DNA from: a bacterium | Lineage (GTDB): Bacteria > UBA8248 > JACPRG01 > G963555815 | Assembly (NCBI GenBank): GCA_965218795.1 | Contig: OZ244653.1 | Coordinates: 4,064,001-4,128,000, forward strand | Direction of reading: 5' to 3' | Length of the DNA stretch: 64,000 nt | Part shown: one piece after another, positions 57,384 to 64,000 of the stretch | Layout: each line of letters opens with the position of its first letter | Position numbering within the stretch: the stretch's first letter is position 1 | Notes under the pieces: model-generated | Seen by the model: the letters and a program-made list of their open reading frames with translations, nothing else | The model's database searches: none | What the model was told of the DNA's origin: nothing | Translations under genes and position numbers: made by a program

Positions 57384-57411
57384 TTGACAATGCGGACGCG
57401 CCCGCTAACAT
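57384..57411 (+). promoter_or_regulatory. Possible sigma70 promoter of ispB
   Basis: TTGACA-N16-TAACAT 50 nt upstream of ATG 57462. Confidence 0.5.
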
Positions 57412-57461
57412 GAATCCCGTTCGAAAGCGGCTTCGCGAAGAAAAGGGCAATCACTGAACGT

Positions 57462-58481
57462 ATGCCATCTCCATCTTACATCCCGAAGTCACCGGTTTCC
57501 TATACGGAAGTCTTGGAGAATCTTCTGCCCGATCTGGAGGCGGTGGAGGAGGCCCTGACGACCCACCTCAATTCGGACGTTCCCCTCATTCCGTCCATCG
57601 GCCATTACCTGGCCCGCGGGGGCGGGAAGCGCATTCGCCCCTCCCTGGTTCTGCTCTCCTCGAAGCTGTGCGGCTACGACGGGGAGCGGTCCATCACGCA
57701 CTCCTGTCTGGTCGAATTCATTCATACCGCCACACTGCTCCACGATGACGTGGTCGACGCCTCGGAGATGCGCCGCGGGTCTCCCTCCGCCAATGCGAAA
57801 TGGGGGAACGAGGCCAGCGTGCTTGTGGGAGACTACCTCTTCGCCAAGTCCCTGTGGCTGATGGCCACCGACAACGACCCCAGCATCATCCGCGTGGTCT
57901 CCGACGCCACAGTCTATCTCTCGGAGGGAGAGGTCCTCCAGCTTCTCAACGAGTATAATCTCGCTTCCACCGAGGAGAGCTATCTGGAAGTCATCTACCG
58001 CAAGACGGCGGCCCTGATTGCCACCTGCTGCCGCATCGGAGCCATCCTGGGCAATATGCCCCAGGACGTCGAGGAACGGCTGGGCGAATTCGGCACGAAC
58101 CTCGGCTACGCTTTCCAGTTGGTGGACGACGCCCTCGACTACATGGCGAGGGCCGATCACATCGGAAAACCCATCGGCCAGGACCTTTCGGATGGAAATG
58201 TCACCCTTCCCCTGATCCATCTGTACCGCTCGGCGGAGGAGGAAGAAAGGCAACTCATCCGACAGGTCTTTTTCGGGTCGAACGGAACACCGGACGGAAA
58301 GCTCGACAACATCCTCACTCTCATGAAAAAGCACGGGGCCATTGAATACACCATCCTCCGCGCCCGCGAATACGTCGAACGCGCGCAGGCCATTCTCCAG
58401 GACCTGCCGGAAATCCTCGATCCGTTTTACCGGAATGCCCTGTACGCCTTCGCCGATTACATTGTGGAGCGGGATCAGTAG
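57462..58481 (+). CDS. ispB: Polyprenyl diphosphate synthase
   Basis: GGKRIRP, LLHDDVVD..RRG, KTA, AFQLVDD, GKPIGQDL. Confidence 0.92.
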   Translation: MPSPSYIPKSPVSYTEVLENLLPDLEAVEEALTTHLNSDVPLIPSIGHYLARGGGKRIRPSLVLLSSKLCGYDGERSITHSCLVEFIHTATLLHDDVVDASEMRRGSPSANAKWGNEASVLVGDYLFAKSLWLMATDNDPSIIRVVSDATVYLSEGEVLQLLNEYNLASTEESYLEVIYRKTAALIATCCRIGAILGNMPQDVEERLGEFGTNLGYAFQLVDDALDYMARADHIGKPIGQDLSDGNVTLPLIHLYRSAEEEERQLIRQVFFGSNGTPDGKLDNILTLMKKHGAIEYTILRAREYVERAQAILQDLPEILDPFYRNALYAFADYIVERDQ

Positions 58482-58549
58482 CGGACGCTCTCGCCGTTTC
58501 CGCCGGACCAGGCACAAGCGAAAAATACGATTTCCGCCGGGAGGATCCC

Positions 58550-58813
58550 ATGACCGGTCAGTCAGTCGGTTCGCTGATACTTTTCATGGTCGTCGGCGGT
58601 TTGGTCGGCACTGTACTGGGCGAAATTCTCGGCCAGCTGTTCGGCGGCGGCTTCATTCGAACGCTGCTGACGGGCGGCGTCCCCTTCGGTCTGAAACCTC
58701 CCGTGACGATTGACCTTCGCGTATTGACCCTGTCCTTCGGGTTCGTCTTCAAGATTACCCTGCTGGGCGTCGTGGGTCTCGTACTGGGCGTGTATCTCTA
58801 TCGAAAGCACTGA
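58550..58813 (+). CDS. DUF4321 family small membrane protein
   Basis: GGLVGTVLGEIL...P.TIDL..L.FG; located upstream of maf. Confidence 0.75.
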   Translation: MTGQSVGSLILFMVVGGLVGTVLGEILGQLFGGGFIRTLLTGGVPFGLKPPVTIDLRVLTLSFGFVFKITLLGVVGLVLGVYLYRKH

Positions 58814-58818
58814 GCCGC

Positions 58819-59409
58819 ATGACGTCGCCTCCGCTGGTCCTGGCCTCGGCCTCGCCCCGGCGAAAAAAACTGCTCGAACAAATCGGCCTGACCTTCGAGG
58901 TGCTCCCCTCGGACGTCGACGAGTTCTTCCACGGCGGACCGCCGGAGGCGTTCGCCCGGGAAGCCTCGGCCCGAAAAGCGGAAGCCGCTTCACGCCGGAG
59001 ACCCGGCGCGGCGGTAGTGGCGGCCGATACCATCGTGGTGCTTCGGGATGGGGATTCGGGAACGGATCGGGTGCTCGGCAAGCCGGAGGGGCCGGACGAG
59101 GCGAGGCGGATGCTGACCGAACTGAGCGGCCGGGAGCACCTTGTCATCAGCGGGGTCACAGTCCAGTGGGGAGATCGGGCGCGGACAGCGTCCCAAGAGA
59201 CGCGGGTCTGGTTCCGCGTCTTGTCCCCGGATGAGATCGACCGGTACGTCGCCACCGGGGAGCCACTCGACAAGGCCGGAGGCTACGGCATTCAAGGCCG
59301 GGGCATTCTGCTGGTCGACCGGCTGGAAGGTTGCTACACTAATGTGGTGGGTCTTCCCCTCAGTCTCTTGAGAAAGCTGTTTCACCACCTGAATTTGAAT
59401 TGGCTCTAG
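58819..59409 (+). CDS. maf: Maf family nucleotide pyrophosphatase
   Basis: LASASPRR, AADTIV, GKP, DKAGGYGIQ, NVVGLP. Confidence 0.96.
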   Translation: MTSPPLVLASASPRRKKLLEQIGLTFEVLPSDVDEFFHGGPPEAFAREASARKAEAASRRRPGAAVVAADTIVVLRDGDSGTDRVLGKPEGPDEARRMLTELSGREHLVISGVTVQWGDRARTASQETRVWFRVLSPDEIDRYVATGEPLDKAGGYGIQGRGILLVDRLEGCYTNVVGLPLSLLRKLFHHLNLNWL

Positions 59410-59451
59410 GCCCGGGGCCGTTCCCCCGGGCTCAGGCAAGGAAGCGGAAGA

Positions 59452-60618
59452 ATGCGCGCCTCCGATACGGCTCTCCTGATCGTGGACATGCAAAACGATC
59501 TCGCCTCGGAAGGCGGCGTGCGGTTTCACGATCGGGCCCTCTCGGTCATCGATCCAATCGTCTGCCTTCGCGAACGGGCCCGTGAGCGGGGCTGGCCCGT
59601 TCTGTACACCCGCCGGGTTCATGAGCGCTCGGTCTTCGAAAACGGCGGGAAAGAGACGCCTTGGTGCGTCCGGGGCACGCCGGGGGTGTCGTTCATTGAT
59701 GAATTGAAGCCGGATCCCAGCGAGCTCGTGATCCGAAAGCGGACGTGGGACGGATTTTTCGACACGGAACTGGATTCGGTGCTCCGTGCCTGGGGCGTCC
59801 GGCGTTTGGTCCTCTCGGGCGTCTTCGCCAACGAGGGCGTTCTCGTCACGGCCGGCGAAGCGGCCTTGCGCTGGTACGACATCGTCTTGCCCGTCGACGC
59901 CGTGGCCGGAAGAACGGAATTCGACGATCAGGCGACGCTTCGTGAGATTTCATTTCTCTACCTGGGTGCGCTCACGACGACCGAAGCCTTCCTGGCCAAC
60001 CGGCCGGCGGATGTGGAGCCGAACCTCAAGGTGACGCCTCCGGAGCAGGAGCGGAAAGGCTCACTGAAATTGCCGGCGGCTGAGACGGCCGTGATCGTAG
60101 TGGACATGCAGAATGATTTCGCCCAAGAAGGCGGGTCGCTTTTCGTTCAGGACGCCCTGCACACCGTCGATCCCATTCGGGCGCTTCTTGCGAAATCGAG
60201 GGAGGAAGGCGTCTTGAACGTCTTCACCCAGGACTGGCACCGACCGGACGACGCCGAGTTCAAAATCTGGCCGGTCCACGCGGTAGCCGGCACGCCGGGC
60301 GCGGAGGTGATCGATCCCCTGGAAGTTCGAGAGGATGACGTCTGCATTCGCAAACTGCGCTATGACGGATTTTTCGGCACTTCGCTCGATCAAATCCTGC
60401 GCCTCCGGGGAATCCGGAACGTGGTGGTGGCGGGGACCGTCACGAACATCTGTGTCCTCCATACGGCCGGTAAGGCATCGCTGCACGGCTACCGGGTGTC
60501 CGTGGCGGAGGACGGCGCCTCGTCCCTGGATCCCTTCGACCAGGCGCTGGGACTGCGTCAGGTCACCGAGGTGTTCTCAGGCGAAGTGTGCGGCACCGAA
60601 GGCATCACGTTTTCCTGA
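59452..60618 (+). CDS. Tandem two-domain isochorismatase/nicotinamidase family cysteine hydrolase
   Basis: Two VDMQND repeats; domain 2 has QDWH, WPVH, K and TNICV. Confidence 0.9.
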   Translation: MRASDTALLIVDMQNDLASEGGVRFHDRALSVIDPIVCLRERARERGWPVLYTRRVHERSVFENGGKETPWCVRGTPGVSFIDELKPDPSELVIRKRTWDGFFDTELDSVLRAWGVRRLVLSGVFANEGVLVTAGEAALRWYDIVLPVDAVAGRTEFDDQATLREISFLYLGALTTTEAFLANRPADVEPNLKVTPPEQERKGSLKLPAAETAVIVVDMQNDFAQEGGSLFVQDALHTVDPIRALLAKSREEGVLNVFTQDWHRPDDAEFKIWPVHAVAGTPGAEVIDPLEVREDDVCIRKLRYDGFFGTSLDQILRLRGIRNVVVAGTVTNICVLHTAGKASLHGYRVSVAEDGASSLDPFDQALGLRQVTEVFSGEVCGTEGITFS

Positions 60619-60753
60619 GAGGCTGATTTTCCGTTGTTGGGCGCGGATTCAGAGATTACAATGAAAGGGATCCTCTCGCGTCCAGAAGAGGTTACCCGCG
60701 GAAGGTCGATTTTCGCGGTGTGGATTCGTGGGCGCACAACCAAGGGGTAAGCG

Positions 60754-61461
60754 ATGGAATTCGAGAGCGCAAAGAAAGAAGGACGTTTTCGCATCGGCCT
60801 GATCGTTCCGTCTTCGAACACGACGATGGAGGTCGATTTTTACAATCATCTCGAGCCGAAGGCGACCGTACACATCGCCCGCATGTATCTGGACACGACG
60901 ACGAAGGAAGCCGAAGAGATTATGGTGCGGGAATCCACCCCGCAGGCGGCCGACATGATCCGCACGCTCTATCCCCACGTGACGGTGTTCGGGTGCACCT
61001 CCGGGGGCTCGCTCTTTGGAATGGATTACGACCGGAAGATTGCGGACGACCTCAGCGAATGGACGGGCGCGGCGAAGACCGTGACGGTCCTGGGTGCCGT
61101 CGGCGAACAGCTCGCCCAGGTCGGGGCCAAGCGGATCGCCGTATTCACCCCATACATCGATGAACTCAATGAGACCATCAAAAACTGCCTGGAGGAAGAC
61201 GGCATCGAAGTGCTTTCCATCCAGGGGATGGGGATCACGGTCAATTACGACATCGGGGTCGTCACGCCCGAAGAGATCATGGCCTTCGCCAAGGAGCGGT
61301 ATCGGGACCCGGACGCCGACGCCCTGTTCTTCTCCTGCACCAACATGAGGGCCATGGCTGCCGTGCCGATATTGGAGAAGGAATTCGGCAAGCCCATCGT
61401 CACGAGCAATCAGGCCGCCGTGGAAGCGGTCAACCGAATTTATCGTGCGACCATGAACTAG
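60754..61461 (+). CDS. Maleate cis-trans isomerase / Asp-Glu racemase superfamily protein
   Basis: GLIVPSSNTTME, GCTSG, TPY, SCTN, VTSNQA. Confidence 0.88.
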   Translation: MEFESAKKEGRFRIGLIVPSSNTTMEVDFYNHLEPKATVHIARMYLDTTTKEAEEIMVRESTPQAADMIRTLYPHVTVFGCTSGGSLFGMDYDRKIADDLSEWTGAAKTVTVLGAVGEQLAQVGAKRIAVFTPYIDELNETIKNCLEEDGIEVLSIQGMGITVNYDIGVVTPEEIMAFAKERYRDPDADALFFSCTNMRAMAAVPILEKEFGKPIVTSNQAAVEAVNRIYRATMN

Positions 61462-61608
61462 AACGGCTCGGCCCCTTGGCGCCTTTCCGGGCGCGGAAGG
61501 GGCCATTCGTTTATCTGCGGGCGGAGACCGCAACGGGATTCAGGCGTTTGCGCCCATCACGCCGGATCACGCGTGGACCGGATGACCGAAAAGGAAGGAA
61601 CGGCAAAC

Positions 61609-62772
61609 ATGAGACTCGCTGAGCGCATGAGCCGCTTGGGAACGGAGTCGGCATTCGAGGTGCTGGCCAAGGCCAAGGCGCTGGAGGCCCAGGGCAGGAA
61701 AATCATTCACATGGAAATCGGCGAGCCCGATTTCGACACCCCTTCGCACATCGGGGAGGCGGCCTATCAGGCCATCCAGGACGGATACACCCATTACGGC
61801 CCGTCCGCGGGATTGATGGAATGCCGCGAGGCCATCGCAAATTATTTCAATGACCGATACGGGCAGGGCTACGGGCCGCAGCACATCGTCGTCGCGCCCG
61901 GTGCGAAGCCCTTTTTGTTCTACGCCATCCTCGCGCTGGCCGGGGAGGGCGATGAGGTCATCTATCCCAATCCCGGATTTCCCGTCTATGAATCCGTGGC
62001 AGACTTCGCGGGCGCCAAGGCCGTCCCCCTGCCGCTTCTTGAAGAGAACGACTTCGCCTTCTCGCTGGAGGATGTCGCCTCCCGCGTCACCCCCAACACC
62101 CGCCTTCTGATCCTGAATTACCCCCACAACCCTACAGGCGGGATCCTCGGCAAGGCGCTTCTGGAGGGGATCGCGAAACTCGCTATGGACAACGATTTCG
62201 TCGTCCTGGCTGACGAGGTCTACTCCCGCATGGTCTATGACGGAGAGCATTTCAGCATCGTCCAGGTGCCGGGGATGAAGGACCGGACGATCCTGCTGGA
62301 TGGCTTCTCCAAGACTTACGCCATGACCGGATGGCGGCTGGGCTTTATTGCCGCGCCCGAAGATCTGGCCGAGCCGATCACCAAGCTCATCACGAACAGC
62401 GTCTCCTGCACGGCCAGCTTCGAGCAGATCGCCGGCATAACGGCGCTGACCGGCCCGCAGGGTGAGGTCGACACCATGGTGGAAGAGTTTCACCGGCGTC
62501 GCGACATGATCGTCAAGGGATTGAACGAGATCGAAGGGGTGAGCTGCAGGAATCCGGGCGGGGCCTTCTATGTCTTTCCCAATGTGCGGGAGGTCCCGAT
62601 GGAGCCGGAAGGTCTGGCCCCCTATCTGATGAACGAAGCGGGTGTCGCTTGCCTTCCGGGCACCTCGTTTGGAGAATACGGGAAAGGACACCTCAGGTTC
62701 TCCTACGCCGTTTCCCATAAGGAGCTCGAAGAGGCCCTGACCAACATGGACAAAGCCATCAGCCGGATCTAG
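61609..62772 (+). CDS. PLP-dependent class I aminotransferase (AspC-like)
   Basis: IGEPDF, PHNPTG, DEVY, FSKTYAMTGWRLG, GAFYVFP, RFSYA. Confidence 0.94.
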   Translation: MRLAERMSRLGTESAFEVLAKAKALEAQGRKIIHMEIGEPDFDTPSHIGEAAYQAIQDGYTHYGPSAGLMECREAIANYFNDRYGQGYGPQHIVVAPGAKPFLFYAILALAGEGDEVIYPNPGFPVYESVADFAGAKAVPLPLLEENDFAFSLEDVASRVTPNTRLLILNYPHNPTGGILGKALLEGIAKLAMDNDFVVLADEVYSRMVYDGEHFSIVQVPGMKDRTILLDGFSKTYAMTGWRLGFIAAPEDLAEPITKLITNSVSCTASFEQIAGITALTGPQGEVDTMVEEFHRRRDMIVKGLNEIEGVSCRNPGGAFYVFPNVREVPMEPEGLAPYLMNEAGVACLPGTSFGEYGKGHLRFSYAVSHKELEEALTNMDKAISRI

Positions 62773-62792
62773 GCGTTCGGGGAGGGAGTGAA

Positions 62793-63791
62793 ATGGCCAA
62801 AAAGAAACCCGAGGTGCTGGTGACCCGTCTTCTGCCGAAGGCGGCGATGGACATGGTGAAGAAAGCGGTTCATGCCGAGATCAACCCCCACGATCGCCCC
62901 ATGACGCGCAGGGAGCTGTTACGGGGTCTGAAGGGCAAGGACGGTGTCTTGTCGCTCCTCAACGACCGTATGGACGGGGAGGCCATGGACGCCGCCGGGC
63001 CCCAGCTCAAAGTCATCGCCAATTATGCCGTCGGCTTCAACAATATCGTCGTCCCCGACGCGACCGACCGCGGCATCGTGGTGACGAATACGCCCGAGGT
63101 TCTCACCGAGACGACGGCCGATATGGCCTGGACGCTGATCATGGCCACCTCTCGCCGCGTCGCCGAAGGCGACGCCTTCCTCCGGGCCGGGAAGGCCTGG
63201 GACTGGGCGCCCCTGATGATGCTCGGTGCGGACGTCTACGGGAAGACGCTGGGAATTCTGGGGTTGGGCCGAATCGGCCAGGCCGTGGCGCGCCGCGCCC
63301 AGGGCTTCAACATGAAGGTCATCTATTACGACGCCTTCCGCCAGAAACCCCATATCGAGAAAGATCTTCGGGTTCAGTTCAAGCCGTTCGAGACGGTGAT
63401 CCGGCAGGCCGATATCATCTCCGTCCACACGCCGCTGATGAAAGAGACCGTTCACCTGATTGACGCGAAGGTCTTCAAGGCCATGAAGAAAACGGCCTAC
63501 CTGGTGAACACCTCGCGCGGACCGGTCGTGAACGAGGCCGCGCTCGCCCGGGCCCTCCGGCGGGGAGACATCGCCGGGGCGGGGATTGACGTCTTCGAGG
63601 AGGAGCCCAAGGTCCATCCCGAACTCGTCAAATGCCGTAACGCGGTCATCACGCCGCACATCGCATCGGCCACCATTGAAACGAGGACGGCCATGGGGAC
63701 CCTGGCGGCCTCGAATCTCATCGCGGTGCTGAACGCGCGCAAGCCCAAGACCCCCGTCAACCCGGAGGTCTGGCCGAAGCGCCGGAAGTGA
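62793..63791 (+). CDS. D-2-hydroxyacid dehydrogenase (glyoxylate/hydroxypyruvate reductase)
   Basis: NTP.VLTETTAD, GLGRIG, NTSRG, DVFEEEP, PHIAS. Confidence 0.94.
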   Translation: MAKKKPEVLVTRLLPKAAMDMVKKAVHAEINPHDRPMTRRELLRGLKGKDGVLSLLNDRMDGEAMDAAGPQLKVIANYAVGFNNIVVPDATDRGIVVTNTPEVLTETTADMAWTLIMATSRRVAEGDAFLRAGKAWDWAPLMMLGADVYGKTLGILGLGRIGQAVARRAQGFNMKVIYYDAFRQKPHIEKDLRVQFKPFETVIRQADIISVHTPLMKETVHLIDAKVFKAMKKTAYLVNTSRGPVVNEAALARALRRGDIAGAGIDVFEEEPKVHPELVKCRNAVITPHIASATIETRTAMGTLAASNLIAVLNARKPKTPVNPEVWPKRRK

Positions 63792-64000
63792 GCCAGCACC
63801 GAGAGAACGCCTGAGGATATTCTCCCCCCGATTAAGGCATTCGGGGGCAGGCTGCGAGCCGCCGTACCATGTCAAGTGCGGGGCGATTTTCTTCATCTCG
63901 AAGCATCCATTTCCGGACAGATCATCCGCCTGTCCCCCCCTATGGGGGCGCAGGCGCGCTTTACGGGATACCCGGTCGCGGGATGATCCCGTCGGGTGCG

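Noticed and set aside
61470-61504. GC-rich hairpin after the isomerase gene
   Set aside because: Poor T tract; cannot be called a terminator with confidence.
1-64000. CRISPR arrays, tRNA/rRNA, integrases, selenocysteine read-through
   Set aside because: No regularly spaced repeats, cloverleaf motifs, recombinase ORFs or TGA-interrupted conserved genes were seen by eye.

Overview
High-GC bacterial chromosome segment (Gram-negative-type gene content; taxon not determinable from sequence alone). 1-11.8 kb is the end of a surface-glycan cluster: WaaA-like 3' end, AsnB-type amidotransferase, two GT4, two GT2/GT-C pairs, an NDP-sugar dehydratase and a nucleotidyltransferase. A decayed response regulator and two secreted-type hydrolases follow. 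At 14.1 kb a TPP riboswitch precedes ThiX/ThiY-like ABC components and an aldo/keto reductase (AKR). The AKR 3' end occurs three times (17.3, 17.56 and 22.46 kb). The copies bracket a RAYT/IS200-like transposase remnant and a ~4.8 kb catabolic islet: SDR, di-iron ferritin-like protein, an unannotated 57-aa ORF, an NMT1-type binding protein and an amidohydrolase. The rest is mostly housekeeping (polA, gatAB, hflKC, msrP, a two-component pair, acpS, epmA, panE, folE2, folP, folC, purH, acs, ispB, maf). Oddities there include an EpmA retaining a LysRS-like N-terminal OB domain, an internally deleted ilvC pseudogene, a tandem isochorismatase with one dead domain, and an ECF-type promoter before folE2. 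No CRISPR, tRNA, rRNA, integrase or intact transposase was seen. All calls are by eye from motifs; no searches were run.
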